Below are positions 39,704 through 48,237 of a DNA stretch of 64,000 nt, piece after piece. The position numbers and the translations under genes are program-made. Each line of letters begins with the position of its first letter. The stretch's first letter is position 1. The notes beneath the pieces are model-generated. The model had not been told where the DNA came from, ran no database searches, and was given only the letters and a program-made list of their open reading frames with translations. The DNA is from a virus (Duplodnaviria > Caudoviricetes), in IMG/VR virus record IMGVR_UViG_2623620512_000004, positions 1 to 64,000 of that record; one strand, written 5' to 3'.

Positions 39704-39850
39704 TTAACCTACCAGATGTTCTTCAACCTTCACTCCTTTGTAATCAAATCTCCTGTACTCTTTCGCTTCCCTGTTTGCGTCTGCTCTGTTAGCATAGACA
39801 CCGAGTACTCCTGCATTGTACGATAGTACATAAACGTGTTCACCTTTCAT
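39704..39850 (-). CDS. Hypothetical protein
   Basis: MKGEHVY... small ORF in cassette. Confidence 0.45.
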   Translation of the reverse strand: MKGEHVYVLSYNAGVLGVYANRADANREAKEYRRFDYKGVKVEEHLVG

Positions 39851-39852
39851 AA

Positions 39853-40005
39853 TCAATAACCCTTTACTTCCATTCTGAACTTTTTGAATAGCGGCCAAGC
39901 GATTTCGTTAGCCTCCTTCTCTCCAACCTCGCAGTAGTGCGTTCTGTCAGTCAGATTGTCTAAGACATCTAACAGGAACTCCTTTTCTTTCTTCGTCAGT
40001 TTCAT
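39853..40005 (-). CDS. Hypothetical protein (50 aa, not in ORF track)
   Basis: MKLTKKEKEFLLDVLDNL... fills the gap exactly. Confidence 0.5.
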   Translation of the reverse strand: MKLTKKEKEFLLDVLDNLTDRTHYCEVGEKEANEIAWPLFKKFRMEVKGY

Positions 40006-40009
40006 ACCT

Positions 40010-40294
40010 CTACTTGTTTACGACTAACGGCTGACCTACCCAGAACAGCAGGTACTCGCCTAACTTGTGATTGTTTCTGACACTATCAAGCACCTTCTCT
40101 GACAAGGAGGCACGTTCTGTTACCTCCTTGCCGAAGAGTGGGCTGTGAGAGACAGCCTTTGCAATACGCTTACTGTTGGCCATTGCATAGGCTATCTCCT
40201 TGGCACCACCGATGGTCATTCCGATTTCGTTGTCTGATGCGTCAAACAGCTTAACGACCACCCTTGCACTGAACAATCTACCTTCGTTTGCCAT
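40010..40294 (-). CDS. Hypothetical protein
   Basis: Coupled ORF. Confidence 0.55.
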   Translation of the reverse strand: MANEGRLFSARVVVKLFDASDNEIGMTIGGAKEIAYAMANSKRIAKAVSHSPLFGKEVTERASLSEKVLDSVRNNHKLGEYLLFWVGQPLVVNK

Positions 40295-40647
40295 TACTCT
40301 TCCTCCGAATACAGGTTATTCAAGAAGTTCTTCAAGTAGGTGTCATCTATCTCCGAGAGTTTCACAGGGTCAAAGTGAATGTCTCTCTCCACTCCAAGAC
40401 CCCATGAGTTCTTGACAGTCTGGAGTTCTGCAAGGCTGACGTAGCCGTACTCACCTTCACCTGCAGGATTGATGGTGATACCGTAGCCTATCTTGTTTTC
40501 AAGATCCGCCTCCAGAATGTACCACGTCCAGTTGACACCGCACATGAAGAACTTCACAACACAGATTGCATCCTTCTTCTTACCATCTTGGCTGTAGAGG
40601 GGATATTCCTGCAACCGTTTCTCTACTTCTTTCGTAATCAATTTCAT
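40294..40647 (-). CDS. DUF2958-like protein
   Basis: LYSQDG...VKFF...WTWYILE...EYGYVSLAEL...VERDIHF. Confidence 0.75.
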   Translation of the reverse strand: MKLITKEVEKRLQEYPLYSQDGKKKDAICVVKFFMCGVNWTWYILEADLENKIGYGITINPAGEGEYGYVSLAELQTVKNSWGLGVERDIHFDPVKLSEIDDTYLKNFLNNLYSEEE

Positions 40648-40665
40648 TGCTCTTCTGTTTTAGGG

Positions 40666-40869
40666 TTACTTCTTCAATTCATATCTGCTCTTAGGATTCA
40701 ATCTCTGGAGGCGAGCCAGAACATCTTCTTGTGTGTTCTCGCCATACAGAGCCTCGTACCATACTGGATGAGCGTATAACTCACCATTCTTCTTCACCGA
40801 GTAGATGTAAGCACCACGCTTCACATACTCCTTACCATTCTTTCTGTGTTTGATTTCGACTAATTTCAT
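40666..40869 (-). CDS. Hypothetical protein
   Basis: AGAGCA-ATG start. Confidence 0.6.
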   Translation of the reverse strand: MKLVEIKHRKNGKEYVKRGAYIYSVKKNGELYAHPVWYEALYGENTQEDVLARLQRLNPKSRYELKK

Positions 40870-40888
40870 TGCTCTTATACTTTAGGGG

Positions 40889-41272
40889 TTAATTCATTCT
40901 GTTTACAACTTCCTCGACAAAATCTAACTGAGCATCGAAGTTCTTCCAGACTTTGCGATTAACATCTATCAGTTCTCTGTGACCATGCTCCAACTGAAGC
41001 ATCATGTCATCAAACCAGTCACCTGTGTACTTGTAGCCATCATCCAGAACTATGACTTCCTTCTTCTTGGGCTGATGGAGGCGCAATGTTCTCATCATCC
41101 AGTTAGCCATCTCGATATTCTGCTTCGTACCTGTAAAGATGGCGAAGATGGTAGTTCTGATACCATTGGTCGTGATGTCATCACCTTCCTCCCAATCGAA
41201 GTGGTGCTCACGAATACCAATCAGATTCTTACTCTCATTGTAATAAACTAAAAATTTCTTTGACGTTTCCAT
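40889..41272 (-). CDS. Hypothetical protein
   Basis: AGAGCA-ATG start; first gene after class A promoter. Confidence 0.6.
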   Translation of the reverse strand: METSKKFLVYYNESKNLIGIREHHFDWEEGDDITTNGIRTTIFAIFTGTKQNIEMANWMMRTLRLHQPKKKEVIVLDDGYKYTGDWFDDMMLQLEHGHRELIDVNRKVWKNFDAQLDFVEEVVNRMN

Positions 41273-41302
41273 TGCTCTTTACGTTTAATTGATTTGCACT
41301 GG

Positions 41303-41337
41303 CAAAGTTAGCCAAATAATTCTGAATATCAAAACGA
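41303..41337 (-). promoter_or_regulatory. Class A promoter/operator
   Basis: TCGTTTTGATATTCAGAA-N9-TAACTTTG. Confidence 0.75.
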
Positions 41338-41374
41338 ATGTTCCAGAGATTTTCGCTACATAAACTAAGATTAA

Positions 41375-41614
41375 CTATAGGACTTTCATGTACTTCTGCT
41401 TGATAACAGTTATTGACTTTTGCACCTCCAGAGTGGTATCAATGCCTAACATCTGGTAGAAACGTCCGCTTCCGTTCAATGTCTCACTGGCTATCTGGAG
41501 CGTCCTGCGCTCTTCCTTCGAGAATCCAATCTTGAAGGTTTTGAAGATGGCAAGCGCATCCCGCAGCCTGCCATCCTTGAACAATCCTATAGCCTTATCG
41601 GTTTTCGTCATCAT
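41375..41614 (-). CDS. Hypothetical protein
   Basis: MMTKTDKA... ORF. Confidence 0.55.
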   Translation of the reverse strand: MMTKTDKAIGLFKDGRLRDALAIFKTFKIGFSKEERRTLQIASETLNGSGRFYQMLGIDTTLEVQKSITVIKQKYMKVL

Positions 41615-41786
41615 CCTTGACCTCTCCTTGAACATATATTTCGTGTCCGTCAAAATCTCCGTCATCTAAGACTATCTCTGATTCCTCCCACTGTGCTTGC
41701 ACCTTGTTCCAAGCATCATCCTTGTCCTCTGCCTCCACCTCGACAATGCGAGAGAGGGTTTCTATTATCTTAACTTTGTACTTCAT
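41595..41786 (-). CDS. DpnD/PcfM-like protein
   Basis: YKVKIIETLSRIVEVEAE...A...V...W...EIVLD..DF. Confidence 0.7.
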   Translation of the reverse strand: MKYKVKIIETLSRIVEVEAEDKDDAWNKVQAQWEESEIVLDDGDFDGHEIYVQGEVKDDDENR

Positions 41787-41787
41787 A

Positions 41788-42789
41788 TCATGCCATCTTT
41801 ACGAGTTCAACCTTTTCCTTACTTACCACTTCGAGAATCATCTGCACGGCCTTGTTGACATCTGCCAGGACAGAGACGATAAACTTTGGCTCCTTGTGGA
41901 GCGCACTTATCCATGAATCCAGATAACAGGCATTGTTATCCATCAGCTTCGGGTCGAAGCCTAACACCTGACCGATGATGGCCGCTGACAGTTCGGCAAC
42001 CAGTTCTTCCTTCGCATACTCCTTGGAGGCGAAAGCGTTTCCCTTACCTCTGGCCAGTCGGCTTTCATGGCCAGTGGAGTGAGCCATTTCGTGTAGCAGG
42101 ACATCATAGAATCGCATTCCGCTGAGATACTTAGCCTCATCACTGGAACTGTCATAGAACTGTGTTTTCATGGGAACGTGTATCTCATCCTTTGACGGAC
42201 GGTAGAACGCTTCGTTGGACGGCTTCTGGTAGTGGATAGGGCAAAGCCACTTCTGACCAGAGAGCATATCATCTATATCTGCATTCTCATACATTCCGAA
42301 CGTGTCCGTTGGCGGTTCTGCGACTTGGAACTTCTTTTTCAGTTTCTCGATAACCTTGGGTGCTGCCTCTTCAAGGTTGGTCTGGCTGATGTTAAACACG
42401 TTGTACGACTTCAACACAGGGTAGTACGTACACTGCTTTCTCTCTTCCATTGACATGTCATCAATGTTCTCTACCTTGGTACCATCGGCCTTCTTATAGA
42501 TAAGCCTCCAGTACAGTACTGGGAATGATTCTGCACCCTTGTTGATATTGCCTCCGAGTTCCTTAATCTGGTGGAACGTGGCGAACACTGGGTACTTCCA
42601 GTCATTCATGCTTGACAGCAGGAGCAGAAGGAACGAGTTCGTGCCGTTGTACTCACTGCCTCTGAGGTTGATAGGCATATCACCGAAGGTCGTACCTATC
42701 CAACCTTTCTTCCAGTCAGATGCTTTCATCTGCTTCATTCGCTCGATAATCATATCTGCGAACTTCTCTACTACTAATTCCGATTTCAT
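41788..42789 (-). CDS. ardC: ArdC-like antirestriction ssDNA-binding protein with zincin-like domain
   Basis: WKKGW, Y.GTN, ATFHQI..LGG.I.KG, YNVFN..QT, AFYRPS.D.I..P, HEMAHSTGH, YAKEELVAE. Confidence 0.85.
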   Translation of the reverse strand: MKSELVVEKFADMIIERMKQMKASDWKKGWIGTTFGDMPINLRGSEYNGTNSFLLLLLSSMNDWKYPVFATFHQIKELGGNINKGAESFPVLYWRLIYKKADGTKVENIDDMSMEERKQCTYYPVLKSYNVFNISQTNLEEAAPKVIEKLKKKFQVAEPPTDTFGMYENADIDDMLSGQKWLCPIHYQKPSNEAFYRPSKDEIHVPMKTQFYDSSSDEAKYLSGMRFYDVLLHEMAHSTGHESRLARGKGNAFASKEYAKEELVAELSAAIIGQVLGFDPKLMDNNACYLDSWISALHKEPKFIVSVLADVNKAVQMILEVVSKEKVELVKMA

Positions 42790-42801
42790 TGCTCTATACT
42801 T

Positions 42802-43044
42802 TTATGGTTTGTAAAAATCTGCATCTACTACGTTGGTCGGCAAGCCAAATTCTGGCACTGGCGAGAAGTACGGCTCATGCTCTGGTTCGTTAGTATGCCA
42901 ATCAACTACATATCCATTGGGAAACTCTCTGATGAGGAAATTCTTAATCTCCTGCTCATCCTCATCAGAGATACCGCTATAGTCACCATACTCGATGGCA
43001 CAGATAGCGTATTCTGGTATCTTATACGTTCCTATCAGTTCCAT
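42802..43044 (-). CDS. Hypothetical protein
   Basis: 80-aa acidic ORF. Confidence 0.55.
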   Translation of the reverse strand: MELIGTYKIPEYAICAIEYGDYSGISDEDEQEIKNFLIREFPNGYVVDWHTNEPEHEPYFSPVPEFGLPTNVVDADFYKP

Positions 43045-43055
43045 AGACTTTCCTC

Positions 43056-43289
43056 CTACGATAAGACATACACCATTGTCACGCCTCGCTTCTGAGCCTC
43101 TTTCTTAGCTTCCTTGACTGCATCCGAGTACATGGTGTATGGCTTGGACCAGAACACCTTGTCTGGGTCATTCTCTGCCTCCTGTCTGTTGCCGATGGCG
43201 AAAGCCCATGTGCCTTTGCCTTTGGGAGCGTGACCATGCGCCCAACGATAACCTGCAGTACTCACTTCAATCTGATTCATTGCTACCAT
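43056..43289 (-). CDS. Hypothetical protein
   Basis: 77-aa ORF, HG..PKG.G.WAF motif. Confidence 0.55.
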   Translation of the reverse strand: MVAMNQIEVSTAGYRWAHGHAPKGKGTWAFAIGNRQEAENDPDKVFWSKPYTMYSDAVKEAKKEAQKRGVTMVYVLS

Positions 43290-43302
43290 AATCGTTTCCT
43301 CC

Positions 43303-43518
43303 TTACTTTACGCTAAAAACTAACATTCTGTAGTCATCACCACATCTGAACTGCTTCTTGCCGTTGGTAAGAACGCAGAACTGTTTCTGACTGGCTCTTC
43401 TGTGAAGGTATGCCAGATACTCCATTGCAGCCTCGATCGTGCTGAAGGTCTTTAACACGCACTTTTCGGTTCTGATGCCGAGGTGCTGAATCTCTTTCAT
43501 TACTTTGTACGATTTCAT
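43303..43518 (-). CDS. Hypothetical protein
   Basis: AGAGCA-ATG start after class A promoter. Confidence 0.6.
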   Translation of the reverse strand: MKSYKVMKEIQHLGIRTEKCVLKTFSTIEAAMEYLAYLHRRASQKQFCVLTNGKKQFRCGDDYRMLVFSVK

Positions 43519-43557
43519 TGCTCTTATACTTTATATTGTTAATGCTGTTTGCTCTGG

Positions 43558-43592
43558 CAAAGTTACACATAAAATTCTGAATATCAAAACGA
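43558..43592 (-). promoter_or_regulatory. Class A promoter/operator
   Basis: TCGTTTTGATATTCAGAA-N9-TAACTTTG. Confidence 0.75.
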
Positions 43593-43599
43593 TGCAACT

Positions 43600-43860
43600 T
43601 TTTATTTTCTATACATTGACTAAGTTTAACTGTTGACTTTTTGCACAGAAAACACGTTTTGAGCAAAATCCTCATGGTGGCCATAATTTCATGCGGATGG
43701 ATAAGTATAAAGGGGGTTCAATTTGAAACTGGCAGGGAACTTTAGAATCAGTATTTAACATTGGGTTAACTTAACTGGACTTTATCAATGTCAAAGGAAT
43801 CTAAATTTAACGGTTGCTTAACGGAGATTTGCCCTGTGGTGGCCGTCAGTGGCCATTAAC
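43600..43860. repeat. Dispersed intergenic repeat copy
   Basis: 35-bp block 43613-43647 identical to 57276-57310; 19-bp core at 43699-43717. Confidence 0.75.
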
Positions 43861-43871
43861 GGTTTATAACA

Positions 43872-43942
43872 GAAAAAAGTGCTCCTATTCGTCACGAACC
43901 GAAGCACTAAGAGCAATGAAATCGTCAAAAGAAACGATTTCG
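43872..43942 (-). ncRNA. Candidate trans-acting antisense sRNA complementary to AGAGCAAUG start regions
   Basis: TAACTTTG -7 box at 43946-43953; 5' hairpin GAAATCGT/ACGATTTC; linker ATTGCTCTT; terminator AGTGCTTC...GGAGCACT plus T run. Confidence 0.7.
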
Positions 43943-43991
43943 CTGCAAAGTTACAAAACTTTTTCTAATTACAATTATTACAGCAATATAT

Positions 43992-44519
43992 TTAGCAACT
44001 TTTATGTCTCCACTTGTAGCCTCCTGCAGTTTTGTATCGTCCATTACAGCAGGCAGCAATGTTACCATGATGCACTCCTGTCTTTCTTTCTGCATCGTTC
44101 GCAGATTCAAACTCATCAATGTATTCTCCTGTCAACGTGTAACGCACAACAGGCTTTGAATAAGCATTTGGGCGTGTACCGTAATTCATATTGTAATCTC
44201 TTGTGCACCATTCAAGATTGTCAACATGGTTATTTGTCTTGTTCTCATCTTTATGGTTCACTTCGTTTTCGTTTCCACACTTTACCAAGAATGCTTCGGC
44301 TACAAGACGATGAACAAGACAGAACTTTGCTTTTCCAGATTTTGCCAGATAAACATATTCATAGCCTATTTTGTCTATTCGCTTTTTCAAAAGACACCCT
44401 TTCTTTAATACTTCTGAATAACGGTTCTTTCTATATCTCGGCAAAGAACGTACATTGCCAAAATTACTCACTTGGTATTCATTTTCATACCCTTCTATAT
44501 CTTTCCAAATCTCAATCAT
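43992..44519 (-). CDS. NUMOD4-HNH-NUMOD1 homing endonuclease
   Basis: EIWKDIEGYE..YQVSNFGNVRS, VHRLVAEAF, VNHKDENKTNN...NLEWCT. Confidence 0.9.
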   Translation of the reverse strand: MIEIWKDIEGYENEYQVSNFGNVRSLPRYRKNRYSEVLKKGCLLKKRIDKIGYEYVYLAKSGKAKFCLVHRLVAEAFLVKCGNENEVNHKDENKTNNHVDNLEWCTRDYNMNYGTRPNAYSKPVVRYTLTGEYIDEFESANDAERKTGVHHGNIAACCNGRYKTAGGYKWRHKSC

Positions 44520-46030
44520 AACATTTCATTTAAAAGTTTTTCGTCATTACTGTAATCCCAATCGTAAGGATAGAATGTCATCGCCAGAGCATCGAAACGG
44601 TCTGGTGAGCGTTTGAGACGTTTCTTGATTTCTTCCTTCTTTTCTATGATGATGCTGCCGTTACTGAGGAACGACCAGTGTATGTCACAGGCCTCTTCTA
44701 CCAAGAAGTCATCTGGAGGCAGGGCAGGGTTGAAGCCGTTCTTGGGGTCAAGCCACTCCCTAACAGCCCAGAACAGGTAGGCTCGCATATTGGCAAACGA
44801 ATACTGCCCTGTGAGGTCATGCAGGCCCTTTGTGCCTTCCGAGTTCTTGCATGAGTATGCGTTGTAGTAGTCCTGCTCCTGTAGCCTTGAATAGACACCT
44901 GCGCCCTCACCGATGGTATCAATGAAAGCCTTGGCCTTCTCATCCTTCAGATATTGGAGGGTCTTTCCTGCTATCTTCATGTGGTCAGCAGAGCCGCCAG
45001 ACTGGTGAACCTCTATCTTCGGCACCCATGAGCCATAACGAGGGATGAGCACAGAACAGTCACGACCCATACCTGCAACGTCCACACCAACCCTTGCGTG
45101 TTTCTTGGTGGTGTAGCCATCATCGTTGAGTTCCTTCCAACGGTTGACTGCGAGTTCCAACCATTCGTAAGGGATAAGGATGTCCTCAGACACTTTCGGG
45201 AACATTCCGAGCACCTTGACACGGAACAGATCGTTAGGACGGTAGTAGTTACCTTCCCAATAGAAGTCACCCATTCCTTCGTTGACCTCATCCTTGCGGA
45301 TGGGTGTGCACCAGTTCTCGACCTTATCCTTGACCCATTCATAGTCAACCTGTCCGGGAATGACATTCTTTTTCTTCTTGACGTTCTCTGCGTTGAGGCT
45401 GTTTAGTCTGAACTTCTTGAAACGTGCAGACTTCATGGCCTTGGCGGCATAGCCAGTGGTGACGTTCGGGTTGAACACCAACAACAAACGAGAGTTACCC
45501 TGCAAGTTACCTTCGATGGCGTTGTAGGTAGCCTCTGGAATACCAGATGCCTCAGTGACTATGAACATGGTGTTGACTGCATGGAAACCAGACCAAGCCT
45601 CGGTATTGTCTGCCGATGACTTAAAGCCTGTCAGATACCATTCCTCATAGTTGGTACGGATGCCGTTTGACAACAGACGGCCAGGAAGGAACTGCGCATT
45701 ACGGTAAAGACGTGACACCTCTGGAATCATAATATCCTTGACCTGTCGGCCTGTAGGTGCAGTCATGGCAATCTTCGTATTCTTGACCAGTTTACCTTCC
45801 TTGTTGAATCGTGGAGTAAGATACATGAAACAGATGGCAGCGACAGCAGCGATATAGTCTTTACCTCTGGCAGTACCAGAGGCAACAGCAACCATCCTTT
45901 CGTTCTGGACGGCTCTGAGAATCGCTTTCTGTTCGTTGTCAAGTCGGGCATGGAGCACTTCTTTGGCAAAGAGGCACCAGTCAGCCCGCCATGCTTTCAT
46001 CTTGTTCTTTCTCTTACTGTCACTATTCAT
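44516..46030 (-). CDS. terL: Terminase large subunit
   Basis: Walker A-like SGTARGKD, TAPTGRQV, VTEASG, nuclease GVDVAGMGRD and SPDRFDAL. Confidence 0.88.
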   Translation of the reverse strand: MNSDSKRKNKMKAWRADWCLFAKEVLHARLDNEQKAILRAVQNERMVAVASGTARGKDYIAAVAAICFMYLTPRFNKEGKLVKNTKIAMTAPTGRQVKDIMIPEVSRLYRNAQFLPGRLLSNGIRTNYEEWYLTGFKSSADNTEAWSGFHAVNTMFIVTEASGIPEATYNAIEGNLQGNSRLLLVFNPNVTTGYAAKAMKSARFKKFRLNSLNAENVKKKKNVIPGQVDYEWVKDKVENWCTPIRKDEVNEGMGDFYWEGNYYRPNDLFRVKVLGMFPKVSEDILIPYEWLELAVNRWKELNDDGYTTKKHARVGVDVAGMGRDCSVLIPRYGSWVPKIEVHQSGGSADHMKIAGKTLQYLKDEKAKAFIDTIGEGAGVYSRLQEQDYYNAYSCKNSEGTKGLHDLTGQYSFANMRAYLFWAVREWLDPKNGFNPALPPDDFLVEEACDIHWSFLSNGSIIIEKKEEIKKRLKRSPDRFDALAMTFYPYDWDYSNDEKLLNEML

Positions 46031-46419
46031 TAGTCATCGTCATCCTCATCATCTTCCGCATCGACTTCCTGCATCAACTTCTCGAAAGAGTTGGTGACAT
46101 TGGTATCTATCTGCTCTACATAGCCACGCTTCCTACCCTTGGTCTTTAGATAGAAAATGATGGCTGTGATGTTGTCATCATTGATGGCCTCCAACAGCTT
46201 ACCTTCAACCCTGTCAAGGGTAGCCTCCGTGATGTCATCAACCTTTTCGGCAAAATCTGGATCGTCTTTCTTCCATTCATAGAAGGTCTTTCTTGTGATT
46301 CCTGCAGCCTCGCAGGCATACGCAACGATGCCCTTGCTTTCAACAAGGGCTTTCAGAACTTTACTCTTCTTACGTTCCGTTTTCGCTGCAAGTTTGGCTA
46401 ACGTATCTTCCTTACTCAT
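46030..46419 (-). CDS. terS: Terminase small subunit (HTH)
   Basis: ACEAAGITRKTFYEWKK.DPDF, AIIFYLKTKG..RGY; directly upstream of terL. Confidence 0.8.
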   Translation of the reverse strand: MSKEDTLAKLAAKTERKKSKVLKALVESKGIVAYACEAAGITRKTFYEWKKDDPDFAEKVDDITEATLDRVEGKLLEAINDDNITAIIFYLKTKGRKRGYVEQIDTNVTNSFEKLMQEVDAEDDEDDDD

Positions 46420-47417
46420 TCACCAAATAGATTTAGTTGTACGGTTCCTGTTTCGAGTTCCTTCATCCGCTCCTTGTCTGGATGCGGTGTGTAGTCCTCT
46501 CTGTAGAATCCGTTATCGCACAACCAGAAGAAATGCTCCCAACTGGCATCATCGTACTCCCCTTGAATGTGGGGCGTGAGTGCTGCCTGTTCGTCACGTA
46601 TAAACTCCTGCTTTGTGCGCTTGCGAATTTTCCCTAAGTAGGTATGACAGTCATATACATACTCTGGTATCTGATACTGAACATTGTCGAGCAGTCTGAG
46701 GTCTATCTTATCATTGTAGATGAAGTGAGGCAAGAAGAATCGCGTGTGACCCCATTTGCGGACTTTTAGCAACGTTGTTATCGCCTTGGAGTAGTAGAGT
46801 ATAGTTGACTGCTTCGTTATTTCGTCTGCGGCCTTTAAATTACGTATTTCCTTGACCACTGGCTCAAAGCCCATTTCCTGCGCTTTCATGATGAGCGTTT
46901 TCCAAGCGAACTTCCTGTAGTACACCAACAACTCATTGCAGGCGTACCCTGCATAGACATCATCACCTGCGTCTATCGCATTGCGTAGGCAGATGGCGAG
47001 GTCAAACATACAGTGTCCGTTCTTGGTTGCACAGGACTTGTCATCGACTGGCTCTGGGCAATACTTACTGATGTCTAACGTATCTCTGGAGTTCAAGAGG
47101 TTGCAGGCGAAGTAGTCTGCATCCCTGTTCTTTCTCGCATTCAGCAACGTAGAGACAGCAACAGCGATATTCTTGTCATCCTGCCTTACTGCATCCTGCT
47201 CATGGAGTTCAACTATCCTTCCAGTAATCATATCGAAACAGTCCTCTGCCGATACGGTGAGCAACCTCTTCCAGAGATAGTTCCTGTACTTCGGTATCAA
47301 CTCGTTAGCGGCATAGTAGGCGAGATTTGCATCCCTCCTTCTCAACGCTTTCTGAATGAGTGAAGATACCTCAAACATATTATGTCCGTGTCTTGTGTAA
47401 CCACCTTTTTGTGCCAT
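46416..47417 (-). CDS. Protein resembling RarA/MgsA C-terminal helical domain (duplicated, no ATPase)
   Basis: SSLIQKALRR.D...LWKRLLTVSAED; second copy TKNGH.MFD; IPEYVYDCHT..GK. Confidence 0.55.
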   Translation of the reverse strand: MAQKGGYTRHGHNMFEVSSLIQKALRRRDANLAYYAANELIPKYRNYLWKRLLTVSAEDCFDMITGRIVELHEQDAVRQDDKNIAVAVSTLLNARKNRDADYFACNLLNSRDTLDISKYCPEPVDDKSCATKNGHCMFDLAICLRNAIDAGDDVYAGYACNELLVYYRKFAWKTLIMKAQEMGFEPVVKEIRNLKAADEITKQSTILYYSKAITTLLKVRKWGHTRFFLPHFIYNDKIDLRLLDNVQYQIPEYVYDCHTYLGKIRKRTKQEFIRDEQAALTPHIQGEYDDASWEHFFWLCDNGFYREDYTPHPDKERMKELETGTVQLNLFGE

Positions 47418-47502
47418 ATTCCTTGTATATTGGTTTATAGTGCAAAGGTAACTATTATTTATGAGAATAACGAACGTTTATCAGAGTTTAACGCTTTGAC
47501 TA

Positions 47503-48237
47503 TCAGCGTTTTATGTTTATCTTCGCTTGGTTCTTGCGAACGTCATACGAGTAGTACTTACCCCATTTGTTTTCCATAGCCAGACGGCCTTGATAGGTCT
47601 CTTCTCTGGTGTTGGTCTCTCCACCGCTGTTGACCTCCATCTGACCTGCATCAGACAGGAAATACTTTGGCTGTAGAGTGATGCGGTTGAGCAACATTTC
47701 CTGCATGGCCATATCAATATCCGATGAGGCCATATCCTTGCAGTCGTACTTGGCTTTGAGGCAATTCTTGTTGACCCATCGACAATGACCGGGCATTCCT
47801 TTGAAGTTCCACTCCTTGTCATAGGCGAAGAGCGTTTTCTGGGGGCCGTCATACGCAAGACCGAGATCCAAATCAACTAACATCTGGGCTATTCGCTCCA
47901 CCTCCGCTGTGACGGTCTCTACAGGATTGATGAAGTTTGCGCTGTCTATCGGCAACCAGTTATTCATCCTGTAGATGAAGCGAGTGATGTCATCATCCGC
48001 AATGAATATAACATCTTCTGGGGTGTTCCAGATAGTCCACCATAGCGTATCCATGAAGTTCCAGACAGGACAATCCTTGGGAATGATGAGCAGGTTATCC
48101 ACTCCTGCCTCCCTGTACTTGTCTGCCTCTTCCTCTCTGACCACATACGTACAGTACTCGAACAAGTCCTTGGTAACGATGCGGTCATACCTCTGGTAGG
48201 ACATGACGTAGATGTTAAAGGAAATACCTGCTGTCAT
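47503..48237 (-). CDS. GT-A fold glycosyltransferase (GREB1/TET-associated-like)
   Basis: IYVMSYQR, VVREEE...Y, IADDDI (DxD), C-terminal N.GG motif. Confidence 0.65.
   Translation of the reverse strand: MTAGISFNIYVMSYQRYDRIVTKDLFEYCTYVVREEEADKYREAGVDNLLIIPKDCPVWNFMDTLWWTIWNTPEDVIFIADDDITRFIYRMNNWLPIDSANFINPVETVTAEVERIAQMLVDLDLGLAYDGPQKTLFAYDKEWNFKGMPGHCRWVNKNCLKAKYDCKDMASSDIDMAMQEMLLNRITLQPKYFLSDAGQMEVNSGGETNTREETYQGRLAMENKWGKYYSYDVRKNQAKINIKR

Noticed and set aside
43814-44521. 235-aa plus-strand ORF, including an AGAGCA-ATG at ~43916
   Set aside because: Antisense to the HNH gene with implausible composition; promoter and terminator polarity favour a minus-strand sRNA, though a plus-strand peptide is not formally excluded
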